Shown piece by piece: positions 39,701 through 54,248 of a stretch of DNA of 64,000 bases. The notes under the pieces are model-generated. The model was not told where the DNA came from and ran no database searches. It saw only the letters and a list, made by a program, of their open reading frames with translations. Source of the stretch: Octopus bimaculoides. Taxonomy: Eukaryota. The stretch spans positions 56,754,701-56,818,700 of the forward strand of contig NC_068988.1 of NCBI RefSeq assembly GCF_001194135.2, given 5' to 3'. A program made the position numbers and the translations under genes. The stretch's first letter is position 1. Every line of letters begins with the position of its first letter.

Positions 39701-39832
39701 CTCTATCCCACGAATACCTCTACTATCTCACTGGTGCTTTTGTTCATTTGCTTGAGCCCATTAAAACCCAGTAAGCCAAGACGTTGAGGGTCTGCTGATA
39801 GCAGTTGGATATTCTGATTAACAGTGGTTGTT

Positions 39833-40112
39833 GATCGTTACCAGCGTCACTGGACTGGCTCCTGTGCTGGTGGTACGTAAAAAACACCATTTTGAGCATG
39901 GCCGTCGCCAGTGCTGCCTGACTGGCCCTTGTGCTGGTGGCACGTAAAAGTACCCACTACACTCTCAGAGTGGTTGGCATTAGGAAGGGCATCCAGCTGT
40001 AGAAACTCTGCCAGATCAGATTGGAGCCTGGTGCAGCCTTCTGGTTCGCCAGTCCTCAGTCAAATCGTCCAACCCATGCTAGCATGGAAGGCGGATGTTA
40101 AACGATGATGAT
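39833..40112 (+). mobile_element. Family 4 repeat with two tandem structured units
   Basis: ...gtggcacgtaaaa...gtggttggcattaggaagggcatccagctgtagaaac...gttaaacgatgatgatg. Confidence 0.85.
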
Positions 40113-40893
40113 GTTTCATTTACATAAATTAGACTAATCTTTCCTTAACTAGAATTTTTACAGGTGTGGTTATATAGGTACAGGTGTAGCTGTGTGGTAA
40201 ATATTTTGTGTATTGTAGAAGTATAACCAATTCATTTTACATAAATTTTAACAACAAAACCTTCTGTGGACCTCCAAGAGCCATATGGACCCCAGTTTAG
40301 AACCACTGTGCTAAACAAACAACATTTCAATCCATTTAGAAATGGTTTCAATACTGACATATACTAATGAACAAATGAGCCAAAGGAGAAAGCTCTATAT
40401 GGTCATTCAACATGCCAAAAATAACACCCACAAAGCATGTCCTACTATTTAAAAACATGAAAAATGGAAGGAGAAATTAGATAATAGTCGTAAATATTTA
40501 AGACAGAATGGTCATACTTGGAATGCCTTCAATCATAGTTCAGCCTGACAAGGTCTAACCTGGCACTAATCAACAACAGTAACAACATCAGAAAAGAAGA
40601 GGAAAGAAGCATCCTTTGTTTAAGTTCATAATGTTATCTTAAATTTCCATGACAGCCAAGTTTGTCCAGAATGACTGAATCAGTGAACAGACTATGTCCT
40701 AGATTAGAATTGATTGTTGGAATGTCACTTCAGCTGTAACTGGAGAGAACTGTGAGGTGATATATTGATTCTTAATTTTAATCAAAATTCTTTTTTTTTT
40801 TTTTTTTTTTTNNNNNNNNNNNNNNNNNNNNNNNNNNNNNNNNNNNNNNNNNNNNNNNNNNNNNNNNNNNNNNNNNNNNNNNNNNNNNNNNNN

Positions 40894-40931
<38 letters not shown>

Positions 40932-42494
40932 TTATTATACTGGTCCTGGTATCATGTAAAACACCCAGTACACACTGTAAAGTGGTTGGCATTAGATGGG
41001 CATTCAGCCGTAGAAACTATGCCAAAACAGACATGGAGCCTGGTGTAGCACTTTGGCTTGCCAGCTACTGAAACCATCTAACCCATGCCAGCATGGAAAA
41101 TGGCCTCCCATGCAGGACAGGTCAAAGGATAGAAGCCAGATTAATATGTCCCACCTCTTCCCAGAAGTAAAAATAGGTTTGTGTAGGGAAACACCCTTAC
41201 TTAGAAAAGGGCAATCTACAGAAACATTGATAAGCATTTAAAACCAACAAGATTGAGGAGAAGAAGGCCTTCTCTCAGAGAAACATATGACATGGTGCAG
41301 CAGAATCTGAGAAGAGACTGTGAGGAAAAAAAAGCAGGGATCTAACTGAAGAGAAGCAGAAAAGACAGTCCAAAGTTGAGAGCAGTGGAAAAAAAGTCAT
41401 TGATGGGTAATACTCCATAGGGTGTAATGGGCTGAAGTAAGTAAGTATTGATCTGGACTGGTACTTTTTTTTATTGGCCCTAAAATGGTGAAAGGCAAAT
41501 TAGTTTTTTTCTGTGTTTTGAACTCACAGTATAGAGAGTCAGAATAAATGACACAAGTTAGTTTAATAGAACACTAAAAGCTCTGCCAATTAGCCACTGT
41601 CATATCAGATAATATATTTCAAGATGTGTCATTCAGGTATAGTGTAGCAAGGAGTACATTATCTGATGTGACTTTTCTTCCTGTTGTTATTGCTGTTGTT
41701 GTGTACGCCTCAGGACAGCCATTAACCAGCAGAGCTAAAAGTTGAAGAAGTTTGAGTTGTGGAGTACTTTAATGAAGGTGTCTTTTTTTTTCTTTTTAAA
41801 GATGGTATAATGTGAAATGAGGGAGATTTAACAGCTATTTCTGTCAGATTGACCTACCACATGGTGACTTCCTGAAGCAAGTTGTCTTCAACAGATGCAA
41901 ATGGCAGAACAATTAAGTGTTGCTAAGCAGGAGGTCTTAGAAAGCAGCTTATCACTGTTTCACACCACTGGCATAATATTCAACTATTATAAGAGTTATT
42001 CTAGAAAAAGAAAAGATGGAGCCTCTACGCGGTTGCCAGATTTGCTAGAAATAGCAACCAATCTATTACTTCCCAAATCACACCTTACTGTCTTAGAGAA
42101 AAAAAAAAATCAAATACACTATCTGAAAAACAAGAATGATTGGATGGTCATGGCTAGATTTTCTGTTCATCATACACCTTCTTGACCAATGCCTGCCTGG
42201 GGTTAAATAACATTCTATAAATACTTGAAAAAAAAAAACTAATATTGGTTTCAAATTTTGGCTCAAGGCCAGCAATTCCAGGGGTGGGAGTAAATCGATT
42301 ACATTCGACCTCAGTGTTCAACTGGTACTTATTTTATTGACCCTGAAAGGATGAAAACCAAAGTCAACCTTGGCAGAATTTGAACCCAAAACATAAAGAC
42401 AAATGAAATGCCCCTAAGCATTTGGCCCAGTGCACTAAAAACTAATATTGAGTACTTTAAAACAATATTTAACAAACAAAATTTGTTTACTTTT

Positions 42495-42875
42495 TTCTTC
42501 TTTTTTATTTGTTTCAGTCATTTGACTGCGGCCATACTGGAGCACTGCCTTTAGTTGAACAAATCGATCCCAGGACTTATTCTTTGTAAGCCTCATACTT
42601 ATTCTGTCAGTGTCTTTTGTCGAATTGCTACGTTACGGGGATGTAAACACACCAACATCGGTTGTCAAGCAATGGCGGGAGACAAACACAGACACAAATA
42701 TATATATATACATATACGACAGGCTTCTTTCAGTTTCCATCTACCAAATCCACTCACAAGACTTTGGTCGGTCTGAAGCTATAGTAGAAGACACCCGCCC
42801 AAGGTGCCACACAGTGGGACTGAACCTGGGACCATGTGGTTCGTAAGCAAGCTACTTACCACACAGCTATGCCTA
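42495..42875 (-). mobile_element. SINE family 1, full length
   Basis: Colinear with 62323-62723. Confidence 0.85.
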
Positions 42876-44317
42876 AACATTTTTTGAAGAAAAAAATCCT
42901 AATCATTTCTAACCTAGGCACAAGACAACTAATTTCACGGGGAGGAGGTCAGTTGATTATATTGATCCCAGTATTTGACTGGTACTTTATTTAACTGATC
43001 TTCAAAGAAACAAAAGGCAAAGCTGACTTTGGCAGGATTTGAACTCAAAACATAATAAAGTAGAACATGTACCACAAAGGGACTATCTGATGCTCAGCAA
43101 TTCTATGAATCCACCCAAAGCATAACAAAAGAATTTCTTTAGTCTTTTTGTTATATTTCTAATGAAAAACACTGCCTTTGCTTCAAGTAATTTTGCAAAT
43201 AATGTAGTAGTAATAGTAGTGGTAGTAGTATGGGGTATGTGCTGTAACAGTGTATCATTGCATCCACCATTTGCTGGTGATTCCTTATTTCTGGCGGATG
43301 ACACATTTGTCCCACTCAGGTGACAACCCTCCAACCCATGGGTCTGGGTAGTGGTTGCTGGTGAGGGTTTTTATGAGGTCAGAGCGCAAATCCTACCTCA
43401 ACCTCTTTTAGTCACCTTTTACGACACACAGAGGAAACGCTGGGTCTATTCTTTAGCATGCCAGTTCTCCACACAGTGCTAGAGCAACATGAAACAAAAC
43501 GTTTTGTTCAAGAACACAACATGCTGCCCGGTCTAGGAATCGAACCTACAATCTGGCAATCACAAGTGTAACACCCTAACCGCTAGGCCACATGCCTTTA
43601 CAAAATAATGAAGAATTTAGTAAAATAACTATGTTCGGAACATAAATTAGTATCAAAGAATCAAGGATGGTCTCAGACAGGTTGGCGTCAAACAGTTAAA
43701 TAAATAATTTTAAAAATTTGAGGAAGTTCTAGTTTGAATTGAAGAAATTTTGCATGGAGGAAGAATATGATGAAATGCTGTAGGGAGAATGCAGACATTT
43801 TAGGATAGAATTTAGAAGAACATAACAAGTTATGGTTACTGAATCGATAGAAGTGAGAACTAGACAACAGTGATGAGAAGTCCAATAAATGATGTATGTG
43901 TATTCAACACACATGTAAAGTACATATATTTAATGTGTGTGTATTTACTAAGTGTATATAAATTGGCACTCCACTGGTTATGGTGATGAGGGTTCCCGTT
44001 GATACAATCAATGGAATGGCCTGCTCATGAAATTAACATGCAAGTGGCTGAGCATTCCACAGACACACATACCCTTAATATAGTTCTCAGGGAGATTCAG
44101 CGTGCCACAGAATGTGACAAGGCTGGCCCTTTGAATTACAGGTACTGCTCATTTATGCCAGCAGAGTGGATTGGAGCAATGTGAAATAAAGTTCCTTGTT
44201 CAGGGACACAATATGCCACCAGGAATTGAACTCACAATATACAATCGTGAGCTGAATACCTTAACCACACGTCTTCATTAACTGTATATACATTCACACA
44301 CACAAATATATTCTTTT

Positions 44318-44520
44318 ATTCTTTTATTTGTTTCAGTCATTTGACTGTGGTCATGCTGGAGCACTGCCTTTAGTTGAGCAAATCGACCCAGGACTTATCC
44401 TTTGTAAGCCTAGTACTTATTCTATCGGTCTCTTTTGCTGAGCAGCTAAGTTGCGGGAATGTAAACATACCAGCATTGGTTGTCAAGCGATGTTGGGGGG
44501 ACAAACACAGACACACAAAC

Positions 44521-44555
<35 letters not shown>

Positions 44556-45478
44556 NNNNNNNNNNNNNNNNNNNNNNNNNNNNNNNNNNNNNNNNNNNNN
44601 NNNNNNNNNNNNNNNNNNNNNNNNNNNNNNNNNNNNNNNNNNNNNNNNNNNNNNNNNNNNNNNNNNNNNNNNNNNNNNNNNNNNNNNNNNNNNNNNNNNN
44701 NNNNNNNNNNNNNNNNNNNNNNNNNNNNNNNNNNNNNNNNNNNNNNNNNNNNNNNNNNNNNNNNNNNNNNNNNNNNNNNNNNNNNNNNNNNNNNNNNNNN
44801 NNNNNNNNNNNNNNNNNNNNNNNNNNNNNNNNNNNNNNNNNNNNNNNNNNNNNNNNNNNNNNNNNNNNNNNNNNNNNNNNNNNNNNNNNNNNNNNNNNNN
44901 NNNNNNNNNNNNNNNNNNNNNNNNNNNNNNNNNNNNNNNNNNNNNNNNNNNNNNNNNNNNNNNNNNNNNNNNNNNNNNNNNNNNNNNNNNNNNNNNNNNN
45001 NNNNNNNNNNNNNNNNNNNNNNNNNNNNNNNNNNNNNNNNNNNNNNNNNNNNNNNNNNNNNNNNNNNNNNNNNNNNNNNNNNNNNNNNNNNNNNNNNNNN
45101 NNNNNNNNNNNNNNNNNNNCGTGCGGGTGACACGTAAAAGCACCCACTACACTCTCTGAGTGGTTGGCGTTAGGAAGGGCATCCAGCTGTAGAAACTCTG
45201 CCAATTCAGACTGGAGCCTGGTGTTGCCATCCGGTTTCACCAGTCCTCAGTCAAATCGTCCAACCCATGCTAGCATGGAAAGCGGACGTTAAACGATGAT
45301 GATGATGATGATATATATATATGACAGATTTCTTTCAGTTTCTGTCTAACAAATCCACTCACAAGGCTTTGGTCAGCCCAAGGCTATAGAAGAAGACACT
45401 TGCCCAAGGTACCACACAGTGGGATCGAACCTGGAACCATGTGGTTGGTAAGCAAGCTACTTACCACACAGCCACTCC
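44318..45478 (-). mobile_element. SINE family 1 split at its central (TA)n by a gap and a plus-strand family 4 element (45120-45312)
   Basis: Tail half at 44318-44555 and head half at 45325-45478, with family 4 sequence between. Contiguity across the N gap is unverified. Confidence 0.7.
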
Positions 45479-45512
45479 TGTGATTTTTTTTTAATAATTA
45501 TGTATGCATACA

Positions 45513-45729
45513 CAAGAGGGTGCTGAAAAGTTTCTGGCTTTGAGCAAAAGAATATACAGGAGGATCAGTTAATTATTATTTTATTCCACATATTCCCCTC
45601 TCAGATTCACACACTTATTGCAGTGGTCCTTCAGTTTTTCTAAGCCCTGTAAAAGAACTTAGAAGGTTGGGCCTCCAACTAGGCCTTTCCTGATACCCTT
45701 AAAGCCAGGAACTTTTCAGCACCTCCTCA
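45513..45729 (+). mobile_element. Mariner-type MITE (~215 bp)
   Basis: gagggtgctgaaaagtttctggctt / aagccaggaacttttcagcacctcctc inverted ends. Confidence 0.75.
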
Positions 45730-48373
45730 TATGTCAGGATGATGACGATGATCATCATCATTATCATCACCATAATTTTAGTGTCCACATTTTCATACTT
45801 GCATGGGTTGGATGGGTGGAGTTCATTGAGGTAGATTTTCTACAGCCACATGCTCTTCCTGTTGCTAACCCTCACCTATTTCCAAGCACAGTAATATTTC
45901 TCCATGGGGCCTGCACCAGTCAACATTGACTCCATCAGTCATCTGCACATATATACACATGTCTGGGAAAGAGTTTTTGAGCAAGATTAATCATTCTTTT
46001 ACTGGACCCTGAAAGAAGGAAGGGGAAGATGACCTTGGCAGGATTTGAACTCAGAGCCAACAGTGAGTTAGAACACATATTGCATGGTATTCTATCCAAT
46101 GCACAAATAACAACCAAATATCACTGCCTTAAACAACAAGACATACATCATAACAGACATATAACACCAAGTACTTCTCTTCAATATTATGTGTTTTCTA
46201 CAATATTTATGGGAATTTCACATTTCAAATTACGATATGTTAAGTGCCGAATGTTATTTCTTGTTACAGAGCTTCTGGTGGATGGACAGCAGTTTTTTTC
46301 TTTTCTTTTCTTTTTATTTTCGCCATGCCATGCTCTCAGTGATTTCTTTGCCATATTCTTAAACATGCTCGGAATTTCTGCAGCTATTTAATGCCAGCCA
46401 GCTGACATGCCTGCATCTTGCTATTAGTGACCAAGGCAACTAGAACACAGATGTAAATGGATGTAGAATGAAGAATTGTCTTCCTAAAACCAGTGTCCAC
46501 ACGCACACACACAATGACATTTTTCAGTGTTAAGCATTAATGAATCTTAAAGAAGAGACTGTCAATGCCAAGGAGAAGAATGCCAGTGACAAGGAGAAGT
46601 AAATTCAAGATTTCCTTTACCAAATAGGAGTTAATGAGTAAGCTGACTAAAGGACAAAGGCATAGCTGTACATTAAGAAGTTTTCCTTGGCAGCCCTGTG
46701 TTCCCAGGTTCGATTCCACTATCTGGTGCCTTGGACAAGTGTCTTTTGACCACAGCAACAGGTCGATCGATGCTTTGTGAGTAGAATTTAGAAGAAGGAA
46801 ACTGCATGGAAACCCACCCTGTGTGTGTGTATAGATATGAGTTTATTGTATGTCCTGGTTTTAGAACTGGTACATCACAGAGTCACGTGTTGTAAGGGAC
46901 AACTTAAAGGATACACACAAGGGGAAGAGCAAGGGACCACAAAACTAAGGAAAGAGGACCATGATGCATATGGAAGATTGTCATGGTGTCCATGAGGCTA
47001 GGCCTAGAAAGGAAAACCAGTTTAAAATGTTTGTTTGTTGCATGTACTCGTGCAAATTATGTGACACAGGCATCGGCCATGACTATGATTTCACTTGATC
47101 TGTCAAGCCAAGTGAAAGTGTAGTTGTGACCAATGCTGGTGTCACATAACTGGCACCCATGCCAGTGGCATGTAAAAAGCATCCTTCAAATGTTGAGCCT
47201 CACAGAGGTGATGACAAGTGATCTAAACCATTGGCAATATGCCGTGCTTGAGAAGACTCGTAAAGCCAAGTGGCTGATGCTGGTGTCATGTAAAAAGCAT
47301 TCATTATACTCTTGGAGTGGTGGGCATTAGGAAGGGCATCCAGCCACAGAAACCATGCTAAATCAGATTGGAACCTGGTGCAGCTCTCCAGTTTACTAGT
47401 TTCAGTCAAACTGTCTAACCCATGCCAGCATGGAAAGCAGATGTTAAAAGAAAACCTGTATGTGTGTGTGTGTGTGTAAGGTCTTCTTCAAGTCATCACA
47501 ACCAAGGAATGCTTCGCCACACAATGCCAGGAATTTCCATCCACTACTATCTTTGGTAGGCCCTCAGCTTTATGTTGGGAGTCTTTAGAAATGTAGTTGA
47601 ACAGTCTCTTCATCCTCTATTAGAGTACAGTTGACTTCAAATTATAAATCTGATATGGCTTTGTTGTTCAGGACAGTAGTAGTGATCAGAAAAGCCTATC
47701 CTGTATTGAGCAATAACAATAGAAGACATCTAAGCAAGTCTCTTCTAAAATAGGCCCAGACCAAGCAATGGCTTGTAAGGAATTTGAGAGATGGAAACTC
47801 AAAGAAGCTCATCATATATAAAATGCTTAGATATAACTTACGTAGTTCCTCCTGTTCATTTTCTCTTTCCCTCTATTCGCTTTCCCCTACGAGATGTGAG
47901 TAGTTACGAAGATCCCATTACACCTGTTCTGTTCCTCCACTACCGTCATTTACTATCATCCCCTAGCATGAAGCTGATGCTCCTCCTTCTACCAGGGTTT
48001 GTAGCCCAGCAAACTGCTTGGCGACCTCAAATGCACCCAGTATACACTGAAAGGTTGTTGGTATAGGGAAGGACATTCAGCCATAAAAACTATACCAAAG
48101 CAGACATCAGAGTTCAATGCAATCCTTGGACACATTGGATCCTGTCAAACCATCCAATCCATGCCAGCATGGATCATGAATGTTAAATAACGATGATGAC
48201 AATATAATTTTTTAATAGGTGAGAAAATTCAAGAGTTGCACGTTTACATACCGAAGTACTTATCAAATATTTACAAGTGGGAATGTAGCTGCATGTATGT
48301 ATATGCATATCATATATATACACACACACCTGTATGTGTGTGTGTGTATATAAATATATACACACACACATAC

Positions 48374-48438
48374 CTGAAATGTACAGTATTATATATCCAG
48401 TATGGCTGATCTTGGGTATATAATACTGTACACTTCAG
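48374..48438. other. 65-nt near-perfect hairpin (pre-miRNA-sized, or a minimal MITE)
   Basis: CTGAAATGTACAGTATTATATATCCAG-loop-CTTGGGTATATAATACTGTACACTTCAG; ~26-bp stem with one non-pairing position. Confidence 0.7.
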
Positions 48439-49661
48439 ATAATATGCCCATTCTATTGACAGATATATGAGAGCATTTTTTCATGACTTATGGGCTTTTA
48501 GATGACATATATACACATATATACATAAATGTCTGTGTATATACAACTACAAATAATTCCAATTTATACATACACACGAGTTCATATAATATATATTACT
48601 CTCACTTAGGATGTGTGATCATGCTAGCTGGAATAACTTTACATTAAGGAGTGGAATGTACAATTTTCTGTAATTCAGACCACCTCATGGTTACCAGCAG
48701 ACAAAATGGAAAAGATGTTGTCCTGAAGGATGGCAAAGAAGATGTGCTGGAACAGCCACCGTGATTCACGGGGCTCGCACTTGCAGACAGCAAGTTACTC
48801 TAGTTCTCTTTCTCTGTTTATGTGTGTGAACATTTAGTTACGCTTGTATATAAGTGTAATGTCTCTCTCAAGACACAAATTACCCATGGCACTGCAGAGT
48901 GTAATTGAACCTACAACCATAGAATTGTAAAGATGTCTTAACCACATAGCTATATATACACATACATGCATGCATGTATGTGTGTGTGTGCATGTATATG
49001 TGTGTGTATATAGAGAAACACACACACAAATGTGTATGTGTGTGCATATGTGTGCGCATATACGTGCATGTGACTACATAAATCACAGACATATACATGT
49101 ATGTATATATATATGTGTGTATATATGTGTTTGTGTATACATATGTGTGCATGTATATATATACACACACACACACTGATGTGTGTGAGTACATAAATCA
49201 CAGACGGCAACAAGAAAATCTTTGTGCAGTGGACATGTTTTGTTTCTCAGTTGAGTATTTCTTCAAAATAACGATGAAGACACAATGTCTACCTCAACAG
49301 AGACGGTGCCAGGGAATGTCTCCTCAGTAACAGAAATACTTCTGTCGTTATAGAGCTCTGCAAGAAGCCTAATTAACAAGCTACCTAAATATTACATAAG
49401 CCCCTCAAACAGACCTCTAGTCTTGATGGCTGTGCCAGGCAGAAGAGATGGAGAGAGAGAGAGAGAGAGGGTGGGACAATGGGGGGAGGAGGTGTTAGAG
49501 AGAGACTTAAAGAGAGAAGGGGAGGGAAGAATGAGAGTAGAAAGAGAGAGACAATGTTGCTGGTAGAGAGTAAAAGGGAGGGGGACTGAGATAGAAACAG
49601 ACGATGAGAAAGAATATGGTAGAGAGAGAGAGAGGAGGGAAAGTGATTAGAGATAGACAAA

Positions 49662-49726
<65 letters not shown>

Positions 49727-49928
49727 NNNNNNNNNNNNNNNNNNNNNNNNNNNNNNNNNNNNNNNNNNNNNNNNNNNNNNNNNNNNNNNNNNNNNNNNNN
49801 NNNNNNNNNNNNNNNNNNNNNNNNNNNNNNNNNNNNNNNNNNNNNNNNNNNNNNNNNNNNNNNNNNNNNNNNNNNNNNNNNNNNNNNNNNNNNNNNNNNN
49901 NNNNNNNNNACACACACGTGTGTGTGTG

Positions 49929-49970
<42 letters not shown>

Positions 49971-50124
49971 GATTGAAGGGACAGATAGACCATGACAGAA
50001 AAAAGAGGAGAATGAGATTTGAGAAGCAGACAGGCCATGGCAGAGAGCCGCAGAAGAGAGAGGAGAGAGAGAGAAAATAGTCTTAAAGACAGGCAGGCAC
50101 ATCACACACACACGTGTGTGTGTG

Positions 50125-50168
<44 letters not shown>

Positions 50169-51669
50169 GGAGAGAAAGAGACATTTTGAAAATATTCTCT
50201 ATCCAGCAACAACAATGACCAATATATCATTCAAGTCTTTCAAATCGCTAAAGGACAACGGAGAATATGGAAAAGAGTAGATTTCATTCATTAACGCTGA
50301 ATTAAATTAATAAATTAATATGTAAATCTATTATGTGTTGCAGCTTCACACACGCACACACACACATGCGCATATGCCTATATACTCACTTGAATAATCT
50401 CCTCCCACCATCACCCATACTACAGCTATCACTTCATCATTGTCGTCGCTGCCACCACTCTCATCCTTGTTTTTCACTGCACTGCAACAGCTACCATCAG
50501 CACTGCAAACAACCACCACTTTCAACAGCAGCCACTCTACAATAACCACTGTCGTTACGACCATCTCCAGCAATGTATGACCACCACTGAAGAGGCCTCT
50601 ACCTGGTTGCTTGAGAAGCTAGAAATAGGAGTAGAACATAGGTTCTTGTAGCAAAATTTCCTCAGTTTCTTCAATTGTCTGACATTAGTGACTTTTTCTG
50701 GGTGGATTCCAAATTTGAAAAGAAAATGTCCACAGAAGCTAAACCCAGCAACAAGGGTAGCTGCTTGTGGTGGTTCTGGTGGGTGATATAAGCTTTATCA
50801 TGTTTTACCTAAAAGCCAAGGATGAATGATGCAAGAATAGGTGCATTGTTGGGATGAAGTGTCTCGGTTTCGCTTCTCTGTGCTTCACATCTCTTCCTTT
50901 ACACTGTCTCTTCCAAATGCCCCAGGAGATCCAACTAAAATCCTTTATTGATTATCTAACCGTCTGGAAGAAACTCATGATAAATTGATCACCATCAAGT
51001 TCACATATGTGTGATTCTGACATGTTGTTTTGGGGTTACTGTAACAACAATCTTGAACCCCTATGGGAGGTGAGGGTGGGGTAGTACTGGAGAGGAGGAG
51101 GAGAAATGGTTCTGTGCCAGGTGTTGAGAAGCTAGAGTGTGATAGAACAACAAGCTTAGGTGGCTTGTAATAGAGATATGAGGCTGAGTTAGTGGAGAAC
51201 TGGAAAGAAGATAGAAGTGGTGGACTCAAGATACAATGGACTGCAGGAGGCGAGGATAGAGGCAGGTAAGATGTTGCAGAGGTGCATAGAGTGAATGATG
51301 GTGAGAGATAAAGGAAAAGCTGGGAGGGGGGATGATGGTAGATGTGAGAGGGCATTGAGAATGACAGAGGGTAAGAAAGGTGTTAAGAATGGAATATAGC
51401 CCAAGAGAGCAATGGTTGGAAACAGAAGAGGAGGTGATTGGTGGAAATAACGTGGGTAAGGATGATAATTAGAAATGGAAGTGGTTCAGAGGAGGGCGGG
51501 GATATAGTATGTGCCTTATTCTGCTCTCAGGTAATTACAGCAACTGAGCAGTGCTACAGAGTGAGGTGTGATGGGTGTTAAAGGGTGAGATACGGGGGGG
51601 GGGGATACTTGACAAAGTCGAAATATAAAAGAGGAACAGGGCTCCACATGTACAAGCATAACAAAGGTG

Positions 51670-52420
51670 GTTTTAGGATATCATTTCTGCAGTGATAGAT
51701 GGGTCTTCTTGAACACAGCAAATCAGCAATTATATCAACCCTTTATCATCTCCTCCATAAGGTTCAAAATCTTGAAATCAGCCTTTACTACTTCATCCTA
51801 TGTCTTAGAGAGTGCCTTTCTTCCCTAAGTTCCACCTACTTTAAGTGATTGGCACTTCTTTATACAACTGTTCTCAACCATATGCATTATATAACCATAC
51901 CGGTGCAATCTTCTTTCTGGAATTCCACATTTGATTCCTCTGATGGGCAATTTTCCCTTCAGTAACTAGCACTTTGTCATGCAAGCACACTGACACTGAA
52001 CATCCAACGGAATGTACTAGCTTCATTCCTCTGTAGTCTTCATGTCTTCTGCATTCAGAACCCATGTTTCACTACCATGTAGCATTGCTGTACATACACA
52101 AGCATCATACGATCTGCCTTTCAATTGGAGAGAGACAGAGAGAGAGCTTTTATTACCAACAGAGGTAATAACTCTCTGAATTTTCTCCATCCTATTCCAA
52201 TTCTAGCAACTACACTTTTCTAAACATGCTCCTCCACTGCTAATTAGGTCACCTAGGTAACAGAAATTATCCAATTATCCACTACCTCTAAGGAGCATCT
52301 AGGACATTTGGGAAAATCAATTTTCTGTGTATCATTAGTCTTTATGGCTCCTGTGCATCTTTCACATATAAACACAACTTTCTCCATTCCTCTGATTACA
52401 GTTTAACGACCAAATACAAT
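51670..52420 (-). mobile_element. RTE LINE RT C-terminal region and 3' end, degraded
   Basis: FCYLGDLISSGG, then across frameshifts VVARIGIGWRKFRELLPLL, YDACV.TAMLHGSETW and W.EVVKAD; typical RTE motifs. Confidence 0.9.
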
Positions 52421-52738
52421 TCTTTGCTGCCCACATCTATTTTTCACATTGTTCAAAGCCTGTCTCTTCATTTCTTTGTCCCTGTCCACCTCACTGTTCC
52501 AACTCTATGTCACTCTCCATTTCGATGAAACTTGACCCTGACCACAAATTTGGTATATCACCCTCATAAACATTAAATAATATATATATACATCCATCAT
52601 ATAACACATATGTAAACATTCTATAGATGTTAATGTTTGTTTTAATGTTCAGTTGTAATAAAAACAGTTTTACAATAATCTCATGGGTTACTCAATACTT
52701 TTAAGAAGTAGACATTTATTATTCTTAAACTGGTATAG

Positions 52739-52779
<41 letters not shown>

Positions 52780-53899
52780 NNNNNNNNNNTATATATATAT
52801 ATATAAACATACATATATATACATACATATATATGTATATACATCCATGCACACATATATGTATACATGCATACATACATATATATATCATCATCATCAT
52901 TTAACGCCTGCTTTCCATGCTGGCATGGGTTGGACAGTTTGTCTGGGGACTGGCAAGCCAGGCGGCTGCACCATGATCCAATCTGATCAGTAAGTAGAGA
53001 TAGGAGTGGTAGCCAGCGTTTATTAAAACTAATCTAAGGAGAATGGTAGCATGACCTAGTCACTGTCCACCATGGTTGTAGTTTAACCTCAAGCTATTTT
53101 TAGAAAAGAATCCAAAAGACAAACATGCTGACACACACAAACATACAAAAACATGCTGCTATCACAGTCTGTGAGCAACTTTCCATTCATTAGGATGTGA
53201 ATGAATATTTATCAACTTTTGGCCCTGAAGAGATTTTTACCTTTTAAATGCATAAGGCAATCTAAATTGCAAAATACAAATGAAAGTAAGAAATTGAAAC
53301 ATATGTAGGTGATATGAAATTGACTATTGGATAAATAAATAAATTTTTTCCTGTGTTCAAACTCTCCATTTTTTCTTATATTATATTATTGTTTTCTTAT
53401 ATTGAATGGATGAAAACATCTATAACAACAAATGGAACATCATAAGTGTTAACACTAATGCTAACTCAAATTAACGAAATCCAAAGTATATTAATCGATA
53501 TGGAGCTAAACAAGTGTACGCTTGGATAAAGTACATCCCTGTGAAAGAGCAACCTGTCTAGACTGTTGATTAACAGCCCAGTCAAGATGGTATTTTCTTC
53601 ATCTCCTACTCTTGTATTAGCACAGATTTACAAAATGACTTCCTGAAATGAACTTCCATTAAGCAACTGAGGAGTACATTTTCATTGCACATCTTATGTG
53701 GTGTTCCCACTATATAAATAAATGAAGTTTGTACGAAACGTACGTACTGCTATAACCTAATACATTTTTGTTGCTTTTCTTCAAATTTTATTCACCAAAT
53801 CTCTTGATTTTGTTTTTGGTTTTTACCCTACCAAATTCTGGTGCCACAAACATTTTAAGTACCACATTTAATTTTTTGATTAAATCTATATTATTATAT

Positions 53900-54248
53900 A
53901 TAAAAAGGGGTAAAGATACCCTTTGGGCATGAATGACCATGGGATTGCACCAAGAAAGTTATCGTCTGAGGCACAAGTCCGGGCAAGCTTATTTACGGAA
54001 GATCAGCAGTCACCTATGCATACCATGCTCCCCTCTCCATGTCACTGACGTCATCCATGGAAAAGGCAAAGACCAATACAGCTTGGCACCAGTGATGTCG
54101 CAATTCATTTTTACAGATGAGTGAACTGAAGCAACACGAAATGAAATGTCTTACTCAAGAACACAATATACAGCCCAGTCCAGGAATCAAACTCATTACC
54201 TTGTGATAGTGAGCCCAACAATCTAACCACTGAGCCATGTGCCTTCAC
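53900..54248 (-). mobile_element. tRNA-head SINE family 5
   Basis: Reverse complement related to 28470-28772. Confidence 0.7.
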
